This document shows, in pieces, positions 9,729 to 19,293 of a stretch of 64,000 bases of DNA; position 1 is the first letter of the stretch, and every line of letters begins with the position of its first letter. Origin of the DNA: a virus; IMG/VR virus record IMGVR_UViG_3300025131_008220, positions 1-64,000 of that record; one strand, 5' to 3'. The translations under genes were made by a program, and so were the position numbers. The notes beneath the pieces were generated by a model that saw only the letters and a program-made list of their open reading frames with translations, was not told the DNA's origin and made no database searches.

Positions 9729-10529
9729 TTAGGATACCTCTTTCGCGGATTTTTTTTTGGTTTTTCCGATTTTTTCTTGCTCTTGCCAGCTTTCAAAACT
9801 GAATTCATCTGAGCACAGGTGGTCAAACTTAGGGTTTTCTAAAGTTGTCCTCTTATTTATGCACTTGAAAGTTAGGTATGCTTTGAAGTCTTTTTTGTCC
9901 TCATAATATATAGACTTCACTGGTAGTGTGTTAAATTTATTTTCCTTGCAGTAGTTGCGCACTTTTTCTCTTACTAAATAATCAAAAGGCAGGTCGTTGT
10001 CTTCTAGAAAAAAGACCGGTTTAGTAAACTTGAAATCGGGCAGGCATACGGAAAAGGTAGTCGTATTTTTAAACAAGAAAGAGTCATAAAAGGGGATACA
10101 GAGCTGCAAGTCCTTATCGTTCCAAAAGCTGGACACTTTGTTTAAGTCTGTTCTGGGCTGATAGTAAAAGCCATCACAAGCCGCAGCACTGGATATTCTT
10201 ATCAATCTTTTGTATCCTTGAAGATTCCTAGCTAAGACGACATACTTACACTCCTTATCTAAGGATTCCTTTGTTTTGTCTTCGGCATTTTCGCAGATGT
10301 TTAACCTGAGACCAAAGACTAATTTTATGTTGTTCTCTTCGCAGTTTTTAAAAGCTTCTAGAAATCCGTTCATGCTATCTTCGACTAAGAACACGGTCTT
10401 CATTTTATTCCTCTTGGCTATCTCTATAATAGAAGAAGGGTTGTCAGGTTTCTTCTCTTCTTGGTCTTCTAGAGTCAAGATAGACTTACCTATGCTGTAG
10501 TGAGATTTAAATAAAGGAATAGACTTCAT
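9729..10529 (-). CDS. Stand-alone PHP domain of DnaE-type polymerase
   Basis: FKSHYSIGKSIL, KLVFGL, VLARNLQGYKRLIRISS and FYYQPR correspond to the DnaE N-terminal PHP domain. Confidence 0.85.
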   Translation of the reverse strand: MKSIPLFKSHYSIGKSILTLEDQEEKKPDNPSSIIEIAKRNKMKTVFLVEDSMNGFLEAFKNCEENNIKLVFGLRLNICENAEDKTKESLDKECKYVVLARNLQGYKRLIRISSAAACDGFYYQPRTDLNKVSSFWNDKDLQLCIPFYDSFLFKNTTTFSVCLPDFKFTKPVFFLEDNDLPFDYLVREKVRNYCKENKFNTLPVKSIYYEDKKDFKAYLTFKCINKRTTLENPKFDHLCSDEFSFESWQEQEKIGKTKKKSAKEVS

Positions 10530-10533
10530 CTTA

Positions 10534-11535
10534 TTAGGTGGCGCAACTTATTTTATGTACAAAGTAATCATTTAGTCTCTTACTCTCTTCTACGTTACGT
10601 TTTTTCTTTTCGTCGAGGAGATTTTCTCTCCAATTAAAAAACTTAGACACTTTCCCATGAAACATCCAGAATTTTTTAAGTTGGGACTCCCCATTCCAAT
10701 TAATTACTAATGGAGGGCCAGACTCTGTGTTTTCTAAATCATAGAAAAAGCGATCTATCTTTTCAACTGAATCAAGCTGGTCTCCATTGTTAATATGGAT
10801 TGCTCGCTCATTATTAAAAAACTCTTTGTATTTGTATTTCCAAAGAAGTACGTTTATTACGGACTCGTCACCAAAAAACTCGTTCTGGTTTCTAAACATC
10901 GCTTCGCTCGCTAAGATTCTAGCGGTTTCTTCCCAAAAATGTCTGGAATTTTTATTATAGTAAAAGAAGCATGACGTTTTGTAATGGTCTCTTTCGTAGC
11001 CTCCGTGAGTAAGACCCAACTCCCTAAGTAGCCACCATTCCAAAGTCCTTGTTTCGTCGTAGCCTTCTTCCCCTGTTATTGAGTCTCTAGTGAAGGGGCT
11101 ACCTTTTCCTCCGTACATCATATATTCCCAGTGGTATCTTGATAGTATGGGGTGGTCTACCTTCATGTTTTGAGCTGTTGAGAAAATGTTGTCTATGTTT
11201 TTAGTCGGGAACGTGTCTACATCTAAATATACAAACTCATCATAATGTGTATTTAGTGACTCACAAACGGCGGAGGCTTTCATAAAGCAGGAATACATTG
11301 TTTTATCCCAGTTGTTCTTAATCAAGTCGTTCTTGCCCGTAGCTTGGTATTCGAGTAAGTTGTAATCATTTATTCTCTCCCAAGTAACATTCTTAAAAGT
11401 TTCAGTGGGTAGAAAGTTGATAGTGTAGGCTATTACTTTGTGTTCCGAGAACTTATCTAGCAAAACAATAGCGTTTCTCATCAAGTAGTAATACTTTTCG
11501 TCGCAAAATAATATGTAGCACTTCTTACCGTCCAT
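10534..11535 (-). CDS. Putative GT-A fold glycosyltransferase
   Basis: FVYLDVD (DxD), GDESVINVLLWK and late FHG motifs. Likely start is MDGKK at 11535. Confidence 0.65.
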   Translation of the reverse strand: MDGKKCYILFCDEKYYYLMRNAIVLLDKFSEHKVIAYTINFLPTETFKNVTWERINDYNLLEYQATGKNDLIKNNWDKTMYSCFMKASAVCESLNTHYDEFVYLDVDTFPTKNIDNIFSTAQNMKVDHPILSRYHWEYMMYGGKGSPFTRDSITGEEGYDETRTLEWWLLRELGLTHGGYERDHYKTSCFFYYNKNSRHFWEETARILASEAMFRNQNEFFGDESVINVLLWKYKYKEFFNNERAIHINNGDQLDSVEKIDRFFYDLENTESGPPLVINWNGESQLKKFWMFHGKVSKFFNWRENLLDEKKKRNVEESKRLNDYFVHKISCAT

Positions 11536-11575
11536 GTCTCTCTTAAGGATACCTTGGACTAAGGAAGAAGTCAAG

Positions 11576-12553
11576 TTAAAACCCAGAAAAATCAAACACT
11601 GGCTTATTTTCTAACTGAGGAGAGTTGTTCCAAGCTGGGCAGCCTTCGTATTGTTTCATTACTATCTCTTGGCCTTTTCCTGCTTTAAGTTCAGCTTTCG
11701 TATGTGCTCCTTTTAATATTTTTTGTGAACGTTTATCTACTAGGGCGTAGAATTCGAAAGGTTTCCTTACTGGGCATATCCATTTTCCGGGCTTATCGCT
11801 TCCGCAAAGCCATCTGTATTTGTAGCCGTTTTTAGCCATGTTCTCTAGGGCTTTATCTTCATCATAATCGGAAAGCAGTTCGGCAAGTTCCGTAAGAAAC
11901 ATCTCAAACCCTTCTAGCTCATCTTCGGTTAACTTAGGAACGGCCTGCTCTGGGGAATCAGGAAACCTGAGAAAAAGGAATTTGATATTAGGTATCATCC
12001 CGTCGCTTTTGAGAGTGGCTAAGGAATACATTAGAGCTTGGTAGTTTGCTTCTATTTCTTCTTTATTAAATTTAGATTTACTGCTCTTATAGTCCCAAAT
12101 ATCTATTTTATTTTTATAAAAAGCTTTTTTATCAATGAAGCCGTTAATAATGAAATTTTCTCCTTCTATTTCAAAGTGTTCTTCCTCTTTTAAGTCTTTG
12201 CTTCCTTTGCAGTAAAAGTTATGGTTAAAGCCCACATAGAGCATCTGATATATTAAAGCTAGATTCTCTTTATCGTTAACGTTAAGTCTCTTAGCATGCT
12301 TTGTCAACAATCTGCTTAAAGGCCCGCATCTAAGTATCGCCGTTGGGCTTTTCTTTAGTTTATCAAAATATTTCTTTTTATGTTTTGGGTTGAGCAACAG
12401 TTCGAATATTAGGTGAACAATTGTTCCCCTTGATGCTCCGTCGTTGGATGTATCGGGCGTTTTAAGAAAATATTTCGAATAAAATAGCCAGCTACACGTA
12501 TCTAGAGTTTTAATCTTGCTTGCGCTAAGACGTACTTTTTCTTTTTTAGACAT
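11576..12553 (-). CDS. PD-(D/E)XK RecB/Cas4-like exonuclease
   Basis: LSASKIKT..C, RGTIVH, GFID, DYKSS, Q..MY and C-terminal cysteines. Confidence 0.85.
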   Translation of the reverse strand: MSKKEKVRLSASKIKTLDTCSWLFYSKYFLKTPDTSNDGASRGTIVHLIFELLLNPKHKKKYFDKLKKSPTAILRCGPLSRLLTKHAKRLNVNDKENLALIYQMLYVGFNHNFYCKGSKDLKEEEHFEIEGENFIINGFIDKKAFYKNKIDIWDYKSSKSKFNKEEIEANYQALMYSLATLKSDGMIPNIKFLFLRFPDSPEQAVPKLTEDELEGFEMFLTELAELLSDYDEDKALENMAKNGYKYRWLCGSDKPGKWICPVRKPFEFYALVDKRSQKILKGAHTKAELKAGKGQEIVMKQYEGCPAWNNSPQLENKPVFDFSGF

Positions 12554-13505
12554 TAAAAAAATTTTTTAAAAGTGTGGGTTCTTTAAGATGCATTTCGTTG
12601 AAATCGTTATGCCCTTGCGGTAGTTTTATTGTTATCTGATCTTCGTCGAAGAATTGCAAAAGCTTTTTTCTGGCTCCGTAAGCTGCTTTATTTCCTGCGT
12701 TGTTCTCCCCAGAGTCATTGTTGAAAGACACGAAAACTTTGTCTGGGTCAAGTCGTGTGAGCAGGCTCATTGTATCTGGGGACAAGCTGACCCCAAAGGT
12801 CACTATACAATTTTTTATGCCATGCTCCCAAAGAGACAACATATCCCCTATGCTTTCGACTAATATAGCCTGCTTGCTGCTTCTAATAAAATCATGGTTG
12901 ACTATTAGAGGAAACCTCCATCTAGACTTGTCTCCAATGAGTTTCCATTTAGGCCTATAGAACTTGGCGTCTTGTCCTTGTTCCGGCTTTAGGTCTCTAC
13001 CGGCAAAGCCTATTATTTGCTTCTTATGGTTAAAGATGGGGAAAACGTAACGATGAGCCATCTTGCCGGAACGAGTTATCCCGCCTTCAAAGATTTTAAT
13101 CGTGTCGCTAGATATGCCTCGGTTATTCCAGTAAGAGTCATCTGGTAAAAGTTTGTGAAGTAGTTCGTTTTTAAAAATTTTAGTCTGAGTTACTTTAGGC
13201 TCTATTTTCCTAGCCTCAAAATTGGGGTTTACTCCTTTATTAATCAGCCACTTGGTAGTATCCTCTTTTGATTTGAGTCTTAATGTTAGTCGTACTAAAT
13301 CTTCTAGCGTTCCTCCTATGTCTGCCCTAAAGTCTTTCCAAACGCCATCAGACTTTCTTATACTAAGAACCGTACTGCTGCTAGAGTCCCTATATAGGGG
13401 CTTGGCTCTAAAATACTTACCTTGATCACTTAGGCTGTAACCCATTTCGGTTAGTATATCGCTTATTTGGTCAGGATCTAAAGTCGTCATATTTTTTAAG
13501 GACAC
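12546..13505 (-). CDS. DNA primase (DnaG-like, TOPRIM)
   Basis: RGIS, FPI..IIGFAGR, LVESIGD, FNND..GN.A and DFNEM. Confidence 0.88.
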   Translation of the reverse strand: MSLKNMTTLDPDQISDILTEMGYSLSDQGKYFRAKPLYRDSSSSTVLSIRKSDGVWKDFRADIGGTLEDLVRLTLRLKSKEDTTKWLINKGVNPNFEARKIEPKVTQTKIFKNELLHKLLPDDSYWNNRGISSDTIKIFEGGITRSGKMAHRYVFPIFNHKKQIIGFAGRDLKPEQGQDAKFYRPKWKLIGDKSRWRFPLIVNHDFIRSSKQAILVESIGDMLSLWEHGIKNCIVTFGVSLSPDTMSLLTRLDPDKVFVSFNNDSGENNAGNKAAYGARKKLLQFFDEDQITIKLPQGHNDFNEMHLKEPTLLKNFFNV

Positions 13506-14248
13506 TCAAGTACAGCGTTTGAGTTTCCGTATTCAAGGCAGAATTCTTTTAATTTTTCTGCTTCCTCTTGAGAAACCTTAAACCATTCATGTCTCCAGTT
13601 GAGCTTTCTCTGGTACAGTCTGTTGTGAATCAAGTTCTCAGGCGTACTGGTCATAAACTCAAATTGAATACATGGATTAGCGCACGAGAGTTGTTGGTAT
13701 CTCTTTATGCAGTTGTTACTCTTGCCTACCTTACAGAGATCGGAGCCTTTCTGCCTAAGGAAGTATGAAAACTCTTTAAACTTCACAATGCTCTTACTAC
13801 TCTCCATAAATTCCCATTTTATATCTCCTTCTTTGAAGGGTCCATCGATCGTCCCCCATATGCCATGTATCGAGTAACACTCTCCTCTATCGAGAGATGC
13901 CATGTCTTCTTCAGAGACCACCAGCCCATTTATGTCGCCTTTTTGAATAAATTGCGGAACCGAAAATCCTGTATACGTTGCTCTTTCCCCAGCCGCACTT
14001 GTCTTTACGCTTTCAATCACGTGCTCTACGCCAAACTTTGCTATGAGCGAAGCATATAGTTTTTTTATTTTTTTTATTTGTGCGTTATATAATTCATATC
14101 CATCATCTGGAAAAACAGATTTATATATCTGCTCCAATGCGCGATGCCGCCGATAACAAGAATCATAAGAACCGGGCAAATCTGTGCGGTCAACCTTGAA
14201 TCCGTCTTCAGTAAATAAATCAGCATAGAGCTTATGTGCGTTTATCAT
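13496..14248 (-). CDS. T5orf172/GIY-YIG-like domain protein (putative homing endonuclease)
   Basis: C-terminal YFLR..CKVGKSNN..RYQQL.CANP...E..IH...EWF. Inserted between primase and helicase. Confidence 0.7.
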   Translation of the reverse strand: MINAHKLYADLFTEDGFKVDRTDLPGSYDSCYRRHRALEQIYKSVFPDDGYELYNAQIKKIKKLYASLIAKFGVEHVIESVKTSAAGERATYTGFSVPQFIQKGDINGLVVSEEDMASLDRGECYSIHGIWGTIDGPFKEGDIKWEFMESSKSIVKFKEFSYFLRQKGSDLCKVGKSNNCIKRYQQLSCANPCIQFEFMTSTPENLIHNRLYQRKLNWRHEWFKVSQEEAEKLKEFCLEYGNSNAVLECP

Positions 14249-15708
14249 AAAAGCTCTTCCCTTCCTTGCTCTTGGTCTTCTAGTGTCCCTTGTAGGGCTC
14301 GATTCTCAATTATGTCTTGTAATGTGCCGTTCTCGGAAACCCTAAAGTTATCTATATTATAATTTATAAAATTAGGAACGTACTTATATCTGTTGCCTTC
14401 TGCTACCCGCACTAAGTCGTGATGCCCTTGAGCGTCCCTACCTTGGAACCGCGTCGCTAACGGAATAAGTTTGTGTGTTCCATACTCTTGTCCTTCTTGA
14501 GAAATCTCTTCTGGAGTCTTCCTTCTGAAGATAGCAACAAAAGACGCGAACCATTGCAGTCTGTCCGACTGGGCAATTGCGCTACTGTCGTCTACCCCGC
14601 TCTCTGCTTGTCTGTTAAGCTGGCAGGCTGTCAGTATGGGTATGTCTAGTTCTAGGGTAAGCTCTTTAAGGGAATTTACTTTCTCTCCTATTAGCTCGTA
14701 CTCTTTCTTGTTGTAGTCTTTTTCTCCTGTTAGCTTAATGTAGTCATAAACAACAACACAGTTATTTCCTCTTCCTACTTGCGAATAATACCAACGCCTT
14801 ATTATGGAGCATATTTCTTCAGTTGGTTTACCTGCAACTGTCATATGTTGAATTTTTTCTTTTGCTAGGGCGAGTCTGGCTTTATTGTCATTGAACTTCT
14901 TTACCATTTCGTCGTTCTTCTTCCACATACCTGTCTCTAGGTACCAGACTGGTATCCCTGTTACTGAGGAAGCGATTCTGAACTGAACATCAACTGTCGC
15001 CATCTCTGTGTCTAATATTAAGGCAGGGCAGTCGTTAAGCACGGACATTCCTGTCGCAAGATGAGATAGAACCGTAGACTTACCATGTTTGGGCCTACTG
15101 ACCCAAGCATAGATGTTTCCCTTTCTTATTCCCCCAAACATCCTGTCAAAATTTCTATATGGAGTCTTTAGCCCCATTTCTTCCTTGGGATCATTTGCCC
15201 TTTCTTGTATAAGGTCCTCTATTCCGTGAAACAAATCCTCCGGCTCGTTGAGTTTAGAGTAGTTTTGTATCTTTTCATTATAGATTTGGTCTGCTTCGGA
15301 AATTATTGAGTCAGCGTCTCTGTGGCCATTTGTTTTAACAAAACCTTTTAATTTGTCTGCTGTCTCATCTATGTCCCGCCTTATCCTTATTTTACATAAC
15401 TCTTGGCACGCCTCTATGACGGCTGGTTTTTTGATTTGAGTAAAGGATATGTCCTCTATGTAGTTAAAAATGTCTACCTCACTTTTGAAGGAGACCCCTA
15501 GGTTTTTAATTTGATGCGCTAAAAGCGTTTTATCTAGCTTTTTGCCAGAAGAGAGGATGTCTTTTATTGTTGAGTAGATGATGTAGTGCTCTTTAGACAC
15601 AAAGTCTGAGGAGTTAATAAACCTGTCTACATCAAAAAAGACGTCTGGGTATTTAATTAAGCCACCCAAAACGTGCCTTTCTATTTTAAGAGAAGAAATG
15701 TTAGACAT
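14245..15708 (-). CDS. dnaB: Replicative DNA helicase (DnaB family)
   Basis: Walker A SRPKHGKS, DTEM, VYDYIKL and ACQLNR. Confidence 0.92.
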   Translation of the reverse strand: MSNISSLKIERHVLGGLIKYPDVFFDVDRFINSSDFVSKEHYIIYSTIKDILSSGKKLDKTLLAHQIKNLGVSFKSEVDIFNYIEDISFTQIKKPAVIEACQELCKIRIRRDIDETADKLKGFVKTNGHRDADSIISEADQIYNEKIQNYSKLNEPEDLFHGIEDLIQERANDPKEEMGLKTPYRNFDRMFGGIRKGNIYAWVSRPKHGKSTVLSHLATGMSVLNDCPALILDTEMATVDVQFRIASSVTGIPVWYLETGMWKKNDEMVKKFNDNKARLALAKEKIQHMTVAGKPTEEICSIIRRWYYSQVGRGNNCVVVYDYIKLTGEKDYNKKEYELIGEKVNSLKELTLELDIPILTACQLNRQAESGVDDSSAIAQSDRLQWFASFVAIFRRKTPEEISQEGQEYGTHKLIPLATRFQGRDAQGHHDLVRVAEGNRYKYVPNFINYNIDNFRVSENGTLQDIIENRALQGTLEDQEQGREELL

Positions 15709-15742
15709 TCAATTCAAAGTTTAACCTAAACTTGAAAAGAAA

Positions 15743-16051
15743 TCAAGAAGAAAAGTTCTCATCCTCGTCGTCGAAGTCGTGCCACCCTTCTTCAATATCG
15801 TCATTGTTTTCCGGGAGATCTATTGGCCCGCTAAGTTGCTGCTTAATGTTGCAAGCATTAATATCGTGAACTCCTTCTAGCCAATATTCGGAAGCTTTTT
15901 GTAGGCCCATCATGTTTAGTTCGTTATCAAATTGGGCATAAAACCTAGGGGAGCCTTCCTCGTCGAAAGTAAAAAGAAGAAACCCTCCATAAGAGAACTC
16001 GTTCAACTGGTTTAGTATACTTGAAGGCAAGGTAAAATTGCTATCCTTCAT
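15743..16051 (-). CDS. Hypothetical protein with acidic tail
   Basis: 102-aa ORF preceded by the AGTGTAAT motif. Confidence 0.7.
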   Translation of the reverse strand: MKDSNFTLPSSILNQLNEFSYGGFLLFTFDEEGSPRFYAQFDNELNMMGLQKASEYWLEGVHDINACNIKQQLSGPIDLPENNDDIEEGWHDFDDEDENFSS

Positions 16052-16064
16052 ACTCGTAATTACA

Positions 16065-16481
16065 CTACAAAACCACTTTAAATTTCTTTTTAAAAAACTC
16101 TTTTGAAAGAAGGTCTATTTCGTCGTGGTTTATTTCTATTAGGTTATAGCTGTTTTGCTCTAGCCATTCTAATTTTTTAAAATCTCTATTAATGGATTTT
16201 AGGTAGTTAACCCTTGAGTTTGCATGGAAAAACTTATTATAGTTGCTGTGTTGAGCGCCGTTCACTTCTACGGCCACTTTTTTTGTAGCATTAAGTATGT
16301 CCACTTTCATTCTACTTCCGTAGACAGGGAACTCCTCGTAGACAACGCAAGATTGCCAATATCTTTTAAGAAACTGCTTTACTTCGAATTGAATTTTAGA
16401 TCTACTTGGATCATCCCATTTAATTAAGTATTTATTAACGTTTCTTTTTTCAAGTCTGCCATATGTGTTAAGAAGCCTCAT
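16065..16481 (-). CDS. Vsr/DUF559-like endonuclease
   Basis: EEFPV, VDILN, AVEVNGAQH and RD..K..WL. Confidence 0.75.
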   Translation of the reverse strand: MRLLNTYGRLEKRNVNKYLIKWDDPSRSKIQFEVKQFLKRYWQSCVVYEEFPVYGSRMKVDILNATKKVAVEVNGAQHSNYNKFFHANSRVNYLKSINRDFKKLEWLEQNSYNLIEINHDEIDLLSKEFFKKKFKVVL

Positions 16482-17322
16482 TTCTAGCAATTATTTCTGC
16501 GTATCTTATCTTATTTTCCGGGGAAATCAGAATTGGGATTAGCTTGGTTCCTTTGTTCGCCGGGCCGTTCTCTTCCGCCCATAAAGGTTGAAAATTTGAA
16601 TAATGACTCAAGGCTCTGACCTCTTCTCCTGTTTTGGCTAAAGATAGGGGTACTATATGATCAAGTTCCCATCCTGATTTCCCGTGGTTTTCCCAAGACA
16701 TCCCTTCTTGAAATTGGTCTTCAATGTAAGCTTTAAACTCTTTGAAGGAACACTTTAGAATATCGGAAGTCTTGTCTGTTTTGGCGGAGCCTATTCTTTT
16801 CAAGCTATGACGAAGAGAGGTGGCTAGGATCATCCTGAGTCTATAAGTAGGGTCGCTAGCGTATCTTTTCTTTGCCCATCGGCTATGTTGAGAGTTAATC
16901 CTCTTCTTGTGGGCTTCGTACTGTTCTTTTCCTGTAGCCTTTATCTTCTTTATGTTTTCTTTGCGCCATTCTTTGCTATAATCCTTGTTGTTTTCGCGCC
17001 ATTTTTTGGATATATCCTTATTAGCTTCCCTGTAGATTTTTACTCTGGCTTTTACCTTCTCCTTGTTCTTTTCGTAGTAAGCTTTGTCTGCAGCCCTCCT
17101 CCTCTCTCTGTTGTTTTCGTAGTAAGCTTTTGTTTTAGCCTTTATCTTCTCTTTGTTGTCTATGCGGTAGGCTCTCGCGTAGATCAAGCGCTTTTCCTTA
17201 TTCCTTTCGTAGTAGCTCTTGCTGCTTGCGATCATTTTCTCCTTGTTGGCCTCGTAGTAAGCCTTTTGGTAAGCCTTGTGGTAAGCCTTGTCTTCTTCTT
17301 TGTTTTTGGAACAAGTTTTCAT
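16468..17322 (-). CDS. HNH homing endonuclease with N-terminal YYE.NKE repeats
   Basis: Repeated AYYE.NKEK units, GMSWENHG, WELDHIVP and HYSNFQPLWAEEN. Confidence 0.85.
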   Translation of the reverse strand: MKTCSKNKEEDKAYHKAYQKAYYEANKEKMIASSKSYYERNKEKRLIYARAYRIDNKEKIKAKTKAYYENNRERRRAADKAYYEKNKEKVKARVKIYREANKDISKKWRENNKDYSKEWRKENIKKIKATGKEQYEAHKKRINSQHSRWAKKRYASDPTYRLRMILATSLRHSLKRIGSAKTDKTSDILKCSFKEFKAYIEDQFQEGMSWENHGKSGWELDHIVPLSLAKTGEEVRALSHYSNFQPLWAEENGPANKGTKLIPILISPENKIRYAEIIARNEAS

Positions 17323-17489
17323 TTCCACTTACAATAGTTTGGGTTCTCTGCTCTTTTGCGGCGCATGTAATCTCTCTTCTGCTCTCGACGTTTTTCTGGG
17401 TTATCTTCGTCGTATTTTCTTTGGGCGCGAAAACGGGCCTTCTTACCTTTGGTTGTTTTAGAATACTTATCTTGGTGTTTGTCTTTCAT
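17319..17489 (-). CDS. Small basic protein (56 aa)
   Basis: Manual translation MKDKHQDKYSKTTKGKKARFRAQRKYDEDNPEKRREQKRDYMRRKRAENPNYCKWK with ATGA overlaps on both sides. Confidence 0.7.
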   Translation of the reverse strand: MKDKHQDKYSKTTKGKKARFRAQRKYDEDNPEKRREQKRDYMRRKRAENPNYCKWK

Positions 17490-18157
17490 GTGTCGTCCAC
17501 TACAAAATTTAACTCTTCGCGGATTATTTTTTGGTTTTTCCGATTTTCAAAATCAATTACGAATCCTTGCTTATCGTGTATTGGGGAGCGCTCTAGGAAA
17601 GTGATAGCTTTCTTAAGAATATCCTTACTGTCTTGGAGTTGGCCTAAGCCTATGTTGCAAGACTTGCAGAGCCAGCCTCTGAACTTGCCAGATTCGTGAA
17701 AATGATCGAAGACAGGAGCCTTGTATCCGAAAGCCCTATTTTTTTCAAATTCATCGCCGCAAAGCTCGCAGTGGTCTGGGCATGGGTAAGCTCTCTTCTT
17801 CCCTTCTTTTCTCTCTTTGGCATCTAGCCCTTCGCAAACTCTACATTTACAAAATGGGCTTTTCTCTCTTAATTTATTAAACTCCTGCAGTCTGAATTCT
17901 GATATAGGCAGGTCGCATTTACATTTATTACAGTGGGCTGTTTTTAATTCAAAATTTTTATCTGCTTTTAGGTGGTCTTGTCGAACATGGTTTCTAGGCT
18001 TATAGCGATAGTTTGATGCGTATGGATGCATAGCTCGCCATTTTTCCAAGAAGATTTCTCTTGCGGCTATTCCTGCGTCGCCCTTTCTCTTTGTGCGTGC
18101 TGCTTTTTTAGGCTTATTCTCTAACCCAAAGAGCTCAAATAAAAGAGTCTGTATCAT
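17486..18157 (-). CDS. Endonuclease VII-domain protein (homing endonuclease-like)
   Basis: CELCG, VFDHFHESGKFRGWLCKSCNIGLG and upstream Cys pairs. Confidence 0.85.
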   Translation of the reverse strand: MIQTLLFELFGLENKPKKAARTKRKGDAGIAAREIFLEKWRAMHPYASNYRYKPRNHVRQDHLKADKNFELKTAHCNKCKCDLPISEFRLQEFNKLREKSPFCKCRVCEGLDAKERKEGKKRAYPCPDHCELCGDEFEKNRAFGYKAPVFDHFHESGKFRGWLCKSCNIGLGQLQDSKDILKKAITFLERSPIHDKQGFVIDFENRKNQKIIREELNFVVDDT

Positions 18158-19293
18158 TAGGATAGAACTTCTTTAAACTTGTTGTAAAAATAGTCGGTTA
18201 CTGGTTGATTGTCTTCCAGAAAATTAAACAAACCGTTTTTACCTTGAAACTTTTCTGGTATATCTATTTTATTTGAAGCTAGCTCTTCCACAATATCTGG
18301 GGAGACTTTAATCCAAGCTCCTGCTTTGGTAACAAACTCATACTGAATTAAAAGATCAACGATCTCTAGCTCTTTCCAGATACTTGTTCCCCCTGTTCTC
18401 CCTCTTTTGATTGGGTAGGCTATTACAACATTAGTTTTTTCGTTAGGAGACTTCTTTACCGTAAGTTTAGACCACTGCCCTAAGATTTTATTCGTGACTC
18501 TGTCTGGTGCTTTTTTGTCATCTTCTAAAATGTAATCCTTTTTGTACCTCGCTTCGAACTCAAGAATCCAGTTAGCAAAATGAAGTAAGGCGTTGCCTCC
18601 TGTGGCCGAGGTTTGCCTAATGGGAGCTTTTGAATAAGGGTCAAGTTGTATGTCTGCTCTGACTTGGCTTATGAAAATAGCCATGTGTCCTCTTTTGGTC
18701 AGGGCCGTTGCGACCTTCTTCATGAAGACAGAGCTGATAGTAGCCCCTCCTGCGACCTTAGTGGCATCGTGAAGGGCTTTTTCGCTGTCGCCCTTGGTCT
18801 GGAGGCCATCAACTGAATCAAGTATAAAAATGTACCTTTTTTCCTCCTCGTTGAATTGAATCAGCATTTTCATCATATCGAAAACAGATTCGTAAATATT
18901 GCTCTCGTATATAAAACACGTTCCGTCTTTCCAGCTTTCCGGGTCTGCCGTATGTACAAAATCTACACCACATCTTTCTCTCATCTCAGGAGTCAGCCTC
19001 CCTTCGCATTTGAAGTACACCGCTCTGGAATTGGGCATTTCAAGGAAGTGCTTCGCTACTTCGAGGGCTTCCGATGTTTTTCCTCCTTCGTTTATACCAC
19101 AGAAACGATGTAGTCCCGGACCAAACCCTCCTCCAGTTTCTATGTCTAGAGTGAGGGATCCTGACGAAACTTTATATTCTATCGCCTCTTCGTAATTGTA
19201 ATGATCCTCTTTATGCGTCTTGAGGAAGGACGATAACTGTTCCGATGCTGTTAGAATATTATCCGATTGTTTTATCTTCTTTTTCGCTGCCAT
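18157..19293 (-). CDS. recA: RecA/UvsX-like recombinase
   Basis: SSGSLTLDIETGGG, GINEGGKT, ILDSVD, FISQVR, GGNALLHFA and KAGAW. Confidence 0.88.
   Translation of the reverse strand: MAAKKKIKQSDNILTASEQLSSFLKTHKEDHYNYEEAIEYKVSSGSLTLDIETGGGFGPGLHRFCGINEGGKTSEALEVAKHFLEMPNSRAVYFKCEGRLTPEMRERCGVDFVHTADPESWKDGTCFIYESNIYESVFDMMKMLIQFNEEEKRYIFILDSVDGLQTKGDSEKALHDATKVAGGATISSVFMKKVATALTKRGHMAIFISQVRADIQLDPYSKAPIRQTSATGGNALLHFANWILEFEARYKKDYILEDDKKAPDRVTNKILGQWSKLTVKKSPNEKTNVVIAYPIKRGRTGGTSIWKELEIVDLLIQYEFVTKAGAWIKVSPDIVEELASNKIDIPEKFQGKNGLFNFLEDNQPVTDYFYNKFKEVLS

Noticed and set aside
11576-12553. Cas4-like nuclease as evidence of a CRISPR-Cas system
   Set aside because: No other cas genes or array. 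Its position in the replication operon fits an ordinary phage exonuclease.
16870-17300. Imperfect nucleotide repeats (TTCGTAGTAAGC etc.)
   Set aside because: Explained by the YYE.NKE protein repeats of the HNH endonuclease.
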